Positions 19,259 to 29,330 of a stretch of 64,000 nucleotides of DNA are shown in pieces. The number at the start of each line of letters is the position of its first letter. The stretch's first letter is position 1. The stretch lies in contig JAWKSP010000002.1 of NCBI GenBank assembly GCA_041389025.1, positions 105,279 through 169,278 on the forward strand, written 5' to 3'. The position numbers were made by a program, and so were the translations under genes. This DNA is from Minisyncoccota bacterium. GTDB taxonomy: Bacteria > Patescibacteriota > Minisyncoccia > Phycocordibacterales > UBA918. The notes below the pieces were generated by a model that was not told the origin of the DNA, ran no database searches, and saw nothing but the letters and a program-made list of their open reading frames with translations.

Positions 19259-19948
19259 TTAATTAGAGTTTTGAACATTATTAAAGTTAGTTTTGACTCT
19301 TTGTCGCTTTCGCCAAACCAGATAAAATAAAATTGTAATAGTAATTATCCCTAAAGGATAATAAACATATGACGAACGAAAAATACTAAAAAATGAGTCG
19401 TCTAAGAAGGAATTTATTGTCTTTATGTGTAATAATTCAGAAAAATAGCTATGATTACTATCATCCTGACCGATGGTTAACATGTATTTTCCTCTATTTT
19501 CCGGTGTACTAACTTCAATTCTATATGTGCCAGAAGTTACTTTGACACTTAAATCATTACTAACCTTTAGCTTGAGACCTAATTTTCCATCCGATATCGT
19601 GTTCCATTCTATATTTTTTTGATTAAGACGTCCTACTTCTTGGACACCCCCACCCTTTTCTTTCTCCTTTACTACAATTAAAGAAAAAGGAATTGGTGAA
19701 TTTAAATTTGTCGCTAACTGAGCTAATGATAAAGTAAGTTCAGTGGTGGTACTGGAATTAAATTCATACATGTGTGGGTCATTTTTTAGTTCCCCTAAGT
19801 ACTGATATTTAGTTTGAATATCTGAATTTATCGAGGTTAACTCATAAGGGATTGTAGTGGTGTTTATAGACGGATTATAAGCCAAAGAAACCAACGGCAG
19901 AAACAACAGAGGCAAGCTCATTAAAAATATACGTGGAGTAAGTGACAT
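19259..19948 (-). CDS. Hypothetical secreted protein with C-terminal TM anchor
   Basis: Signal peptide, C-terminal TM and basic tail. Confidence 0.75.
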   Translation of the reverse strand: MSLTPRIFLMSLPLLFLPLVSLAYNPSINTTTIPYELTSINSDIQTKYQYLGELKNDPHMYEFNSSTTTELTLSLAQLATNLNSPIPFSLIVVKEKEKGGGVQEVGRLNQKNIEWNTISDGKLGLKLKVSNDLSVKVTSGTYRIEVSTPENRGKYMLTIGQDDSNHSYFSELLHIKTINSFLDDSFFSIFRSSYVYYPLGIITITILFYLVWRKRQRVKTNFNNVQNSN

Positions 19949-19962
19949 AATAAAATAATAGC

Positions 19963-20001
19963 AAAGAAACAGCCGGCGACAAAGTCGCCGGCTGTTTCTT
20001 T
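19963..20001. terminator. Terminator-like perfect hairpin
   Basis: aaagaaacagccggcgac-aaa-gtcgccggctgtttcttt. Confidence 0.75.
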
Positions 20002-20052
20002 CTTAAACTATTAACAATTTTAATATTCAGTAGAATAAAATTTTACAAACTT

Positions 20053-20640
20053 TTAATTAGCCAATCCTGCCTCTTTTAAAATTTCTTTTATAGTTTCTTT
20101 GTCGTTTGATTGTCTGGCTACCATTAACGCGTCTTGCTGTTCAGGAGTCAGATCAAGCCACTTTTTACCTTTTTTTCCATGATGTTTTCCTTGACTACCA
20201 AATTCCTCACCAACACCAAGCTTATCTAATTTTACCTTTGCTTCTTCAAATTCTCCATTTTGCCTTAATTTCAATGCTTCTTTAAAAAGTTCAAAGTCGG
20301 CTTCAGTGGTGACTATATCACTTAATGGAGTGCCTACAATTAAACCTTTGAAATTGTCATAATCACCAGATAAAACAGACTCATACAATTCATGACGCAG
20401 ATTATGAGATAATTTTTTTAGCTCTTTCAGTTTTTCTTCATCAACCCCAGCTTCTAATAATATATCTCTGGCTTTTTTATTATCACCATGCGCTCTTAAT
20501 TCTCGAGCTTCAGCCAAAGCTTCAATTTGACTTGGTGAAAAACCAGCTTTTTCCAGCCTATCTACACCAACATAAGCTTGTACACCAGTAGCGGTGACAG
20601 CAAAAGCGGCGATAGCTATTAGTAATGATTTTGATTGCAT
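20053..20640 (-). CDS. Hypothetical secreted helical protein
   Basis: Signal peptide AVTATGVQA; repeated helical units. Confidence 0.75.
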   Translation of the reverse strand: MQSKSLLIAIAAFAVTATGVQAYVGVDRLEKAGFSPSQIEALAEARELRAHGDNKKARDILLEAGVDEEKLKELKKLSHNLRHELYESVLSGDYDNFKGLIVGTPLSDIVTTEADFELFKEALKLRQNGEFEEAKVKLDKLGVGEEFGSQGKHHGKKGKKWLDLTPEQQDALMVARQSNDKETIKEILKEAGLAN

Positions 20641-20663
20641 ATTTTCAATTTTCAAATTTCAAT

Positions 20664-20703
20664 AAAATAAGAGTAACAAGACGTCTCTTGTTACTCTTAT
20701 TTT
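20664..20703. terminator. Perfect 18-bp hairpin
   Basis: aaaataagagtaacaaga-cgtc-tcttgttactcttatttt. Confidence 0.65.
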
Positions 20704-20731
20704 TACGTAATTTTAAACACCCTATTTCACT

Positions 20732-21238
20732 TTAAATAGTTTCAAAATAACTCCACAATTTTTCAAGGCTTGTCCAAGTCCTACTGTTATAGTCTACTGT
20801 TGTTCTACAAGTATCCAGTATATACTCCTCACTATCAATAGTTATTTTGAAATTATAATCAACTCCCCCCTCTTTTGAATCACATTTTTGTACCAAACGG
20901 CGAGAAGTTTGTTTTTCTAACTCATTCAAATTTACCATTCTTTGCAATTCATTTCTTAAACTCCTATCGATCACTCCTTCTTTTATGATATCTCCGACTT
21001 CAGTTTTAGTGGTAAGTAAGCGATAAGAACCAGTCGAGACAATAAGCTGAAAAGACATACAACCTTTTACACTGCAAGATCCATAAGCTTCGGCTTCAAT
21101 TGTATAATCGTCATAAATTTTACTATCAGGAATTAAGGAGAACTCAAAATGAAAGCCAGTTAGAAAAAAATAAAAACCAGCGACAAATCCCATTATAAAG
21201 GTTATGAGTATACTCAACTTATCTTGTCTGGTTATCAT
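20732..21238 (-). CDS. Hypothetical membrane-anchored protein with four Cys
   Basis: N-terminal TM; ORF track. Confidence 0.75.
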   Translation of the reverse strand: MITRQDKLSILITFIMGFVAGFYFFLTGFHFEFSLIPDSKIYDDYTIEAEAYGSCSVKGCMSFQLIVSTGSYRLLTTKTEVGDIIKEGVIDRSLRNELQRMVNLNELEKQTSRRLVQKCDSKEGGVDYNFKITIDSEEYILDTCRTTVDYNSRTWTSLEKLWSYFETI

Positions 21239-21263
21239 GTTTGATAAAATTATAACATTGAAA

Positions 21264-21310
21264 GGGAAAATAAAAGCCCCGCGCCTACGGCGCGGGGCTT
21301 TTATTTTCCC
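21264..21310. terminator. Perfect 22-bp hairpin terminator
   Basis: gggaaaataaaagccccgcgcc-tac-ggcgcggggcttttattttccc. Confidence 0.8.
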
Positions 21311-21313
21311 ACC

Positions 21314-21712
21314 TTATTCTCTATCAGCAGTAGTCACACCGTCAAAGTGCTCTTCTTTTTCATCAGCTTTGGTTGGTTGCACAACCCCGTCTTTATGCTC
21401 TGGTGTTGAGTAAATAGTGTAAAGTTTTAAATCTTCACTTCCTTCATTTACTACATTATGCCAAGTTCCAGCCGGAATAATCACCACATGATCAGCTGGT
21501 AACTCATATTCATCTTTATTGTTAAGTATCACTTTACCAGTACCGGCCTCTGATCTGATAAATTGGTCTAAACCGTGAATTTCATTTCCAATTTCTTCCC
21601 CTGGTCGAATATTCATGACCACTAACTGCATATAGCGACCAGTATAAAGTACTCGACGATAATCAGTATTGTTTATTGTTTCTTCTTCAATATTAGCTAA
21701 ATATTCTTTCAT
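21314..21712 (-). CDS. Cupin-domain protein
   Basis: PGEEIGNEIH..DQF and IPAGTWHNVVN cupin motifs. Confidence 0.9.
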   Translation of the reverse strand: MKEYLANIEEETINNTDYRRVLYTGRYMQLVVMNIRPGEEIGNEIHGLDQFIRSEAGTGKVILNNKDEYELPADHVVIIPAGTWHNVVNEGSEDLKLYTIYSTPEHKDGVVQPTKADEKEEHFDGVTTADRE

Positions 21713-21777
21713 AAGACTAACCAAGAATTAAGGTAATAATTCACAATAATAACACAACTAACTAGTTTTTGTTAAAA

Positions 21778-22317
21778 CTATTCAGACAATAATTTTCCAA
21801 GTTTAATCCCTAAAACCAAATCATCAACCGCTCCAAACAGTATTTCTCTTAATTTTCCTTGTTTATCAATGATAATTAATGAAGGAGTACCATTCAAAGC
21901 AAAATTTTTCATACTTTCTGGTAATCGACTGTTATCATTGTGCTTATCAATTGCCACCGGAAAAGTATAACGAAATTCTGACAAAAAAGCCTCAAGAGAC
22001 TCTTTTTGCATAGCTTTATGATGTTCAAAAACTGAATGTAACCCTAAAACTACTAACTTTTCCTCATCAGCAAACATTGAATGAAGTCGTTTGGCTTGAG
22101 GTAAGCTATGCGTTACACACCCTGGACAAAGCATTTGAAAAGCTTCGATAATAATCACTTTACCTTTTAGGTCAGTTAAATTAATATTCTTTCCTCCAGT
22201 ATTTAACCACTCACTAACCACCAATTCCGGCAGTTGTGTCATAACACCATCATTATCGTCTTTTACCTCACAAACCCCATCTTCACAGTTAACCTCTTTT
22301 TTTTGTTTATCAGTCAT
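21778..22317 (-). CDS. TlpA-like redoxin
   Basis: FQMLCPGC active site; GTPS cis-Pro loop. Confidence 0.9.
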   Translation of the reverse strand: MTDKQKKEVNCEDGVCEVKDDNDGVMTQLPELVVSEWLNTGGKNINLTDLKGKVIIIEAFQMLCPGCVTHSLPQAKRLHSMFADEEKLVVLGLHSVFEHHKAMQKESLEAFLSEFRYTFPVAIDKHNDNSRLPESMKNFALNGTPSLIIIDKQGKLREILFGAVDDLVLGIKLGKLLSE

Positions 22318-22331
22318 GTACTTATTGTAAC

Positions 22332-23000
22332 TTATATCAAATCAAAGGAAACTTCTTCAATATTGGTTACACACACCGCTTGCAATTCATTAGTCTCACT
22401 AAATTTTGGCTCCAAACTAAACTGCACCACTCCTTGTACATCAGTTCCTGGAGCAAAGCTGATTTTTTCCTTGCTTAGACTATGAGTACCACTAAACATA
22501 GCCGGTACCTCAGCCATCACCACACCCTGTTCCTTGACTTCAATATCTCCTGGAGATTCAAAAGTAATATCAACTACCCCCGGATTCTCACCACACATAG
22601 CTACTTCACCCAACCTTACAATGTGATTATGCCAAATTGGATCAGAAGCATCTTTTTGCATCTCACTATCCAAGACTCCACCATGAGTAGTGGCTACAAT
22701 CACTTGGTCAGTACCCTTGTCAGTAATAATACCGTAACCAACTGCTCCATTCTCGCCATTTAAAGGCATAAGTCCCATGGCTTTCAAATCAGCAGTAAAA
22801 TCAGCTGATTTTTTTGTTATTTTTGCTTCAGATAAATGATGGTCAATTCCCATTTCATGACTTTCCATATCAGACATTTCTTCTGACATAGCTGTATCAA
22901 TATTTTTTTCAGCAATTTCTTTTTCATCACTGCCAATGAATAAAAATACTCCGATTAGCGCAACAGCAATGACTCCAAAGATCAAAACATTATTGTTCAT
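22332..23000 (-). CDS. Hypothetical membrane-anchored protein with Met/His-rich linker
   Basis: N-terminal TM; MSEEMSDMESHEMGIDHH; WHNH. Confidence 0.75.
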   Translation of the reverse strand: MNNNVLIFGVIAVALIGVFLFIGSDEKEIAEKNIDTAMSEEMSDMESHEMGIDHHLSEAKITKKSADFTADLKAMGLMPLNGENGAVGYGIITDKGTDQVIVATTHGGVLDSEMQKDASDPIWHNHIVRLGEVAMCGENPGVVDITFESPGDIEVKEQGVVMAEVPAMFSGTHSLSKEKISFAPGTDVQGVVQFSLEPKFSETNELQAVCVTNIEEVSFDLI

Positions 23001-23145
23001 ATTATTTAATTTAGTTTAAATTTTTAAGTTAATTAATTCATGTCACCCAACATGTACCTGAAGTATAGCCCATTGATTTATTTTTTAAAGTAGCTATAAT
23101 AAAGTAACCTAGTTAGAATTACTAAAGTTTTATTGATTTATAAGC

Positions 23146-23484
23146 ATGAAAACAGATAACCAATTGGGGATAGAATTTAATAAAGATTGCTCCATTCGCA
23201 AAGCTATTGAGATAATTGGCCAAAAACACTCAATTTTAATTTTTAATGAACTGTTAAAACATCAAGTTTTACGCTTTGGCGAACTAAGAAGAGTACTTGG
23301 TAATCTAAATACCGGTACTCTTAGTATAACTTTAAAGCAACTGGAAGATTCTGGTTTAATTAGACGTACAGTTTTTAGTGAAATACCACCTCGAGTTGAA
23401 TATTCTTTAACCGATAAAGGTAAGGAATTGGAAAAAGTCTTAATTCAACTCCAATTATGGTATGAAAAATGGTACAAAGATTAA
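23146..23484 (+). CDS. HxlR-family (MarR/DUF24) winged-helix regulator
   Basis: DCSI, RFGELRR, PPRVEYSLTDKG. Confidence 0.92.
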   Translation: MKTDNQLGIEFNKDCSIRKAIEIIGQKHSILIFNELLKHQVLRFGELRRVLGNLNTGTLSITLKQLEDSGLIRRTVFSEIPPRVEYSLTDKGKELEKVLIQLQLWYEKWYKD

Positions 23485-23508
23485 AATTTTAAAAAAATTA
23501 AAATAAAA

Positions 23509-23537
23509 TTGACTGCCCATCAAAAAGATGGTATTTT
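23509..23537 (+). promoter_or_regulatory. Sigma70-type promoter
   Basis: TTGACT-17 nt-TATTTT with TG extension, upstream of an SD-led ORFan. Confidence 0.55.
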
Positions 23538-23581
23538 TGGCGCCAGTAGTTTTTTAAAAATACTTTTTTACGAGGTGTAGG

Positions 23582-24304
23582 ATGAACACAGATGTTAAAT
23601 GTAGTAGTCACACAAGATTCCCTTTAACAGTTTACTACATAATTTCAATTGGAGTATTTGGTATTTTTTGTCTTTCATACGGGTACGATTTAAAGGTCTT
23701 AGAAAAAACAACCTGGACTACAATAAATACCGTTTTATTTTTTCTACTTTTTTTAGGAGCTATTATCACTCTAGTGATATCATCTTTGCTAAATAGTGGA
23801 AATTTTATAAAATATTTTTTTGTATTTCTAGTTCTTTTCCTGTTGGTTGGATTATTGACAATCATATACCTACCCAATAACAATCATTATTCAGTTATTG
23901 GTAACAAGACAACATACTCTAAGCTTGTTTTTAGAAACCCATTAAAGCATAGCCACGCTATTACCATAAATAAAGAATATGGTTTTGACCGTTTGACTTT
24001 TGAAGTGACAAGACAAGATTTGACAAAATACAAGATATCTTTAATTGGTAATCATAAACTTAATCTAGAGAATGAGGAAGAATTACTGCAGATAGTACGA
24101 TTGGCAGAAGCTGCAAATCTTACTCCAAACGAATTTATTAATAAATATCAAACGAAGCAAATAGTAAATGTTGTAAAAAACTATTTCCTTGATGAAAAAT
24201 CTAAAAATCTTCAATTATTCCTACAAAAGAATCTTGATTTAAGTGAATGGTTTTTAGTCCATAAAAAAGGAAGTATTCAGATATTGGAGTTAGAAGAATT
24301 ATAA
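23582..24304 (+). CDS. Hypothetical three-TM protein (ORFan-like)
   Basis: SD gaggtg; own promoter and hairpin at 24328-24351. Confidence 0.65.
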   Translation: MNTDVKCSSHTRFPLTVYYIISIGVFGIFCLSYGYDLKVLEKTTWTTINTVLFFLLFLGAIITLVISSLLNSGNFIKYFFVFLVLFLLVGLLTIIYLPNNNHYSVIGNKTTYSKLVFRNPLKHSHAITINKEYGFDRLTFEVTRQDLTKYKISLIGNHKLNLENEEELLQIVRLAEAANLTPNEFINKYQTKQIVNVVKNYFLDEKSKNLQLFLQKNLDLSEWFLVHKKGSIQILELEEL

Positions 24305-24445
24305 AATATTTTATGGCAATAACTTACGGGTACTGAAACATTTTGGTACCCATTTTATTTTCACAGTTTACACAAACCCACCACTTATGATATAAAGTTG
24401 ATCTAAGTGGTTCTTTTTATTTTTTAAAGTAAAGAAAGGAAAAAA

Positions 24446-24712
24446 ATGAGTGTGACAACACATGAAGTTTTAGTTTTTTTAAACAAACAAAGTAACACAA
24501 CTGATATAAACTATCAAACTCTTAGGAAATTAAGTGTTTCATTAAGTACATACTTCAGTAAGATAGCAGTTGAATTAAAAGATATAGTTATTGAAATATA
24601 TAGTATTCAATATCTCCAAAACTCGAGTCACTGTACTATATTGTGTGAGATAAATGGTGAGAAACTTAAAATTTTCACTCCAAGAAACACAGTGACCAAA
24701 GTTAAAGTATAA
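24446..24712 (+). CDS. Hypothetical protein (ORFan-like)
   Basis: SD aagga; TGnTATAAA upstream; hairpin at 24729-24759. Confidence 0.55.
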   Translation: MSVTTHEVLVFLNKQSNTTDINYQTLRKLSVSLSTYFSKIAVELKDIVIEIYSIQYLQNSSHCTILCEINGEKLKIFTPRNTVTKVKV

Positions 24713-24814
24713 AATACTCCACTTAGAAAACCGGCAGTAAACATATGTTTCTGTCGGTTATTGTTTTAATAACAACTTAGTAACATTTAGCTTTTAAATT
24801 AAAGCAATCTAAAA

Positions 24815-26518
24815 CTATATTTCAATCTCATCTATAACCACTGTTTCCTCAATCTTTTTTTCTGGTTCTTCTATCACTTCTTCTACAACTTCATTATTCT
24901 CCTCAACTAATTCTTCTACCACCTCCTCAACAATAATTTCTTCCACAACATCAACCTTAGTTTCGCTAGATTTATCATTTACATCGGCTTGTTCATTAAT
25001 ATTATTTTCTTTTTCTTCTTGGTTATTTTGATTAGTATTTTGCTCTATTTCATTTTCATCTATTTGTCCTAACATCTCTTCTTTATCTTCGGTTGGTATG
25101 GTTGGCTTTTCGATAAATTCCTCTATTGTCTGTTCTTCTCCATTTTTTTCTTCACTATCGTTACTAGAAATAAAGGTTTGACTATCAATTACCAGTGGTA
25201 GAGTCATGGCTGGCTCAGCAATATTTCTAGTAAATTCAAAAGTTACAATTTCAGTGTCAATATAACCGCTGCCAGCCGTCTCACCATCAAGATAAGCGGT
25301 AAATATTAAATCTACTATACAAGGTGTTACTCCATAATAAAAATCAGATAAAGAAAAATCTAGTAAGAAGTCATTACCAATAATGGTCTCAGTTTTATTT
25401 AAATTAAGCAGATTTCCATTGTAAGAAAGCGGCGCTTCTGCTTTAACAGTAATCAAACCACACAAAGCAGAAGCGCCGCTTTCTTTTACTTCAATTTTAT
25501 AAACCAAACTCTCTTTTACTCGATTATCTAAATCAATACTAACCTCTGTAGTAGTGGTACCCAAAATATTATCATCTTCAGTCAAGAAATTTGTCTTAGA
25601 AGCAAAAATTGAAAAATCAACAGCTGTTGCCTGCATGCTGTTTGCAAAACTAATTTCTGTATCAGTTGGATAAGCAAAGGTAGTCATGTCTCCCAACATT
25701 TGCATAGAAACAAAAACCAGCAATACAAACCCCGCCACTACTGTTGAAGCCTGCGGTCTAATATCATGTGAAAAATTATAGCTATTTTTTTGTTCAACTA
25801 TCTTACCAGTAGAAGGTTCTATCATTTTTCTAGTTTTACCAGTTGGTTCTATATCCATTTTTTTTGTTTTAACGACTCTAGTTGGTAAATCAACTTTTAA
25901 GTTAACTTTTCTTAATGAATTTGCTGTTTGTATTTTTTTTACTTTTTGCTTTGAGCTATTTGGATCATAAGGAGTAATCACCAGCGGCACGACCATATCT
26001 TTATCAAATCTAAGTCCACGCATTCTTCTCACTTCCAACCAAATTTTTATTAGTTCATCTAGAACAATCAAAAAAGCCGGAATACCAACCAAAAGCCCAA
26101 AACCCAATGGTTGTCTGGCAAAATCAAGCATAAAACCAACGTACGGTATATCAAAGACTACTTTTCCAATAACATCACCGGCCGGTACCGGTTTTGCGTC
26201 TCTATCTTCGTTGGCGTCACCTTTGGTTATAAAATAACTCTTTCCATTTATATTTTCAGTATCAATTATCCTATGTGTAGTCGGAATCTTAGCGTTTTTA
26301 TCTGCAAAAGTGATAATATCACCAACTTTATAACTTTCAATTTCATGAATAGCCACCACTGCTCCAGTCATAATAGTTGGCTCCATCGAACCAGATTTCA
26401 CTATTTTAACTTCAATATTTCCAACCCCTGGAATTGGTGGCGCCATTAGCAAGAAAACCAAACCCAAAACGATTAGGATAAAAATTGTATAGGTGATATT
26501 ACTAATAATTTTTTTCAT
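24815..26518 (-). CDS. sipW: SipW-type signal peptidase I fused to a TasA-like domain with acidic tail
   Basis: SGSMEP (Ser), TTHRI (His), TKGDAN..D; internal TM followed by TFAYPTDTEISFANSMQATAVDF. Confidence 0.85.
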   Translation of the reverse strand: MKKIISNITYTIFILIVLGLVFLLMAPPIPGVGNIEVKIVKSGSMEPTIMTGAVVAIHEIESYKVGDIITFADKNAKIPTTHRIIDTENINGKSYFITKGDANEDRDAKPVPAGDVIGKVVFDIPYVGFMLDFARQPLGFGLLVGIPAFLIVLDELIKIWLEVRRMRGLRFDKDMVVPLVITPYDPNSSKQKVKKIQTANSLRKVNLKVDLPTRVVKTKKMDIEPTGKTRKMIEPSTGKIVEQKNSYNFSHDIRPQASTVVAGFVLLVFVSMQMLGDMTTFAYPTDTEISFANSMQATAVDFSIFASKTNFLTEDDNILGTTTTEVSIDLDNRVKESLVYKIEVKESGASALCGLITVKAEAPLSYNGNLLNLNKTETIIGNDFLLDFSLSDFYYGVTPCIVDLIFTAYLDGETAGSGYIDTEIVTFEFTRNIAEPAMTLPLVIDSQTFISSNDSEEKNGEEQTIEEFIEKPTIPTEDKEEMLGQIDENEIEQNTNQNNQEEKENNINEQADVNDKSSETKVDVVEEIIVEEVVEELVEENNEVVEEVIEEPEKKIEETVVIDEIEI

Positions 26519-26523
26519 GTTTT

Positions 26524-27726
26524 TTATGTATTTTTATTCCAATCAAAACGGAAAAATAAACTATTAAATCTATCTCTTATTGACTTAGTAAAGAAATTTT
26601 CTTCAACTACCACTGGATAAAAATTTTCACTTTGCCCAGAAGGAAGACCATCATCGTCAGTATTATCGTTTTCGTCGTTAGAATTCCCTGGGTTTGAGTC
26701 ATCATTATGATCATCATCATTACCATGACCGTTATTACCTTTTGGTATACATGGTTTGCCATTTTGATCTACATATTCTTGTCCTAAAGCTTCGTATTTA
26801 ATCTGCCCAGAAGGAAGACCCTCATCGTCAGTATTATCGTTTTCGTCGTTAGAATTTCCTGGGTTTGAGTCATCATTATGATCATCATCATTACCATGAC
26901 CGTTATTACCTTTTGATTTTAATTTACAATAATTTTGTGGCGGTACTTTTTTATCACAAGAAAAACCTTCATTATATTTAGCTTGTACTGCTCGCAAGGA
27001 AACATCAACTGTCATTGAATCAGTTTGGCTTTCGTTACCCATCATTTTTCCGTCACAATTAACTTCTGCCGTATCAGTATTTACCATCAAATCTCCAGCA
27101 CACCATAATATACCCACATAATTAACCGAACCAGCCTTACAATAATTACCAGAATTAGAATAAGTGTTAGCTACAGCGTAAGTAGTACTAGCCAATAATA
27201 CATTAGCAGTTTTTGTACTGGTACCAAAAATTATCCTTTCACCAACCTCAAATTTATTGTCTCCATCGTCTTGCCAAGCAAAAAATTGTAGGTTTTGTGA
27301 TAATTCTCCACCAACTTCAGTATCCACCAATCCTTCCGGCTCGTTTGTACCATTTTCATGATCTTCTAAGTTGCTAAAATCAAGGCAAACATAAGCATCA
27401 TTCTTTTTTACATGCAAACTAATCAAATGTTCTCCTAAGTCACCTGGTTTAACATCATTAAAATTGAAAAATTTATCTGCTTTTGGTACTAGATTTTTAG
27501 CTTCCCAAGTAAGTGACGGTTGCAAAACACCATTATAAATTGCTTTACTTTCTACTGTTAGTTCTAATCCGGTTTTTTTATCTTTAGAATTATTATCTTG
27601 ATAATTACCGGTAGCAAAAGTGTAGCCGGCGTTAGCTCCGCTAACGCCGGCTACCACCAACAATAAAACTACTACTCCAACCAAAAGTGAAACTTTAACT
27701 CCTTTCTGGTAGATAAAACTTGTCAT
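26524..27726 (-). CDS. TasA/camelysin-like protein with duplicated Asn/Asp/His-rich motif
   Basis: FFNFNDVKPGDLGE, WQDDGDN, QTDSMTVD core shared with neighbours. Confidence 0.8.
   Translation of the reverse strand: MTSFIYQKGVKVSLLVGVVVLLLVVAGVSGANAGYTFATGNYQDNNSKDKKTGLELTVESKAIYNGVLQPSLTWEAKNLVPKADKFFNFNDVKPGDLGEHLISLHVKKNDAYVCLDFSNLEDHENGTNEPEGLVDTEVGGELSQNLQFFAWQDDGDNKFEVGERIIFGTSTKTANVLLASTTYAVANTYSNSGNYCKAGSVNYVGILWCAGDLMVNTDTAEVNCDGKMMGNESQTDSMTVDVSLRAVQAKYNEGFSCDKKVPPQNYCKLKSKGNNGHGNDDDHNDDSNPGNSNDENDNTDDEGLPSGQIKYEALGQEYVDQNGKPCIPKGNNGHGNDDDHNDDSNPGNSNDENDNTDDDGLPSGQSENFYPVVVEENFFTKSIRDRFNSLFFRFDWNKNT
26633..26915. repeat. Intragenic 112-bp direct repeat (26633-26744 / 26804-26915)
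   Basis: Two mismatches; encodes KGNNGHGNDDDHNDDSNPGNSNDENDNTDD(D/E)GLPSGQ twice. Confidence 0.95.
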
Positions 27727-27788
27727 GTAATAGTTTTTTTAGACTTTATACTACTTTAATGATTAATTTACTAAACCTTTTTTTAAAC

Positions 27789-29168
27789 TTAATTTGGTAT
27801 AACCGCACAGTTAAGTGCACTAATAGCATCTAGGTCATAACCATCGGCGGTTGCTTCAAATGGTGCTCGTGGTGATACGTCAGTTATTCTTACATATTTG
27901 GCCCAAGACAAACCAGAGCTTGCTAAATCAGCTTCTGAGTCACGATCTACACTAGCGGTTACTAAATACCAATCAAGCCCATCCTGACTTACCTCAATTT
28001 TAATTTTTTCTACCGGATAACTACTACCACCAGTTACTTCCCAAGCTCGCAAATCATTACCTGGCCCATCCACTATATAACCATCATCAAACTCAACTGT
28101 AATCCACCCTCCTTCAGTCTCGTTTTCATCTGGGTTAAAACCAAGACTAAAGAAGCTATTTGGTACAACTGGATTATCAAATGGTGTACCAAGACTTTGT
28201 GGAGCACCGATTACGTAAGATTCCACTGAACGACCAGCGTCTACTGGAGCACCATTTTTCTTTACTCCCTGTGACACTGCTATTACCTTGGTGGCGTATG
28301 ATTGTTCTGGTGTACAAGCCACTTGATTTGGTCTACATACAAAATCAGAATTATGTCGCGCTTGTACCGCACTAAATGACACATCTGCAGTTAAAGAGTC
28401 GGTTTGACTTTCGTTACCAAGCTTCGCTCCACTACATAGAAATCCTCCATCAGCTGGTTCACCCGCTTCTCCGTTATTATCGTTATCGTCAGCTGGACTC
28501 CATTCGTCCACCTCACCATCCTGATCTAAAGCTTGTGGTTCCATATCACCAAAACACCATGCTTTACCAATATAATAGGTCTCAGTTCCATTTATAGGAC
28601 CACCAAGAGCATTTTCATTCCAAATGTTAGTGTTTGAGTCGGCTAGCGCGATTGAATATGCTTGACCAATCGGTAGAGACCCAATTGGGGCTGGACCGGA
28701 AATTATCTCTTCATCATCCTCATAGACATTATCACCATCGTCAGCCCACCAAATGAAGTTTACCAAACCAGCCAACTCACCTTCGTCATCATCGATTGTT
28801 TGGTCAACCAAAGCCTCCGGCTCTGTTTGACCATTTTCATTATTTGAAGTTAGGGTTACATCAGCACAAACAAAAGAATCATTATTTTCTACGTGGATAG
28901 AAATAGTATCTTCACCATAATCCCCTGGCTTCACATCATCAAAATCAAAGAATTTTTCAATGGTTAAATCTTTCTTTTCCCATGATGTATTGTCGTTAAA
29001 AAGACCATTGTAATAGCTTTCGTTGTCTATCAGCAAGTCAATTGCTCCGGCGGTAAAGATGTTGTCGGTGGAGTTTTCTGTATCATTAAAAAAAGCTTTA
29101 GTCACCCCAAAAGCCGTAACACTGGCGGTTACCAAAATCATTGCCAAACTTAGAAAAATACGTCGCAT
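27789..29168 (-). CDS. TasA-like SipW-dependent protein with C-terminal beta-rich domain
   Basis: VTKA|FFNDTENSTDNIFTAGAIDL; KPGDYGE core. Confidence 0.85.
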   Translation of the reverse strand: MRRIFLSLAMILVTASVTAFGVTKAFFNDTENSTDNIFTAGAIDLLIDNESYYNGLFNDNTSWEKKDLTIEKFFDFDDVKPGDYGEDTISIHVENNDSFVCADVTLTSNNENGQTEPEALVDQTIDDDEGELAGLVNFIWWADDGDNVYEDDEEIISGPAPIGSLPIGQAYSIALADSNTNIWNENALGGPINGTETYYIGKAWCFGDMEPQALDQDGEVDEWSPADDNDNNGEAGEPADGGFLCSGAKLGNESQTDSLTADVSFSAVQARHNSDFVCRPNQVACTPEQSYATKVIAVSQGVKKNGAPVDAGRSVESYVIGAPQSLGTPFDNPVVPNSFFSLGFNPDENETEGGWITVEFDDGYIVDGPGNDLRAWEVTGGSSYPVEKIKIEVSQDGLDWYLVTASVDRDSEADLASSGLSWAKYVRITDVSPRAPFEATADGYDLDAISALNCAVIPN

Positions 29169-29256
29169 AATCAGATTTCTTAATTATTAAATTAAATATT
29201 TTTTAATTTATAAAGCCCCCCAGCTAATAATCTTAATAAATTTATAAACTCAACGC

Positions 29257-29326
29257 GCTGATTCCCCTTTTCAGCCCACTGAACATCTTAAACTTTAAGA
29301 TGTTCAGAACGGCTAAATATAATCAG
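29257..29326 (-). ncRNA. Intergenic structured RNA motif, copy B
   Basis: AGCC-GTT-CTGAACATCTTAAA-g-TTTAAGATGTTCAG-TG-GGCTG...GGGGA..CAGC. Confidence 0.55.
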
Positions 29327-29330
29327 TTTT

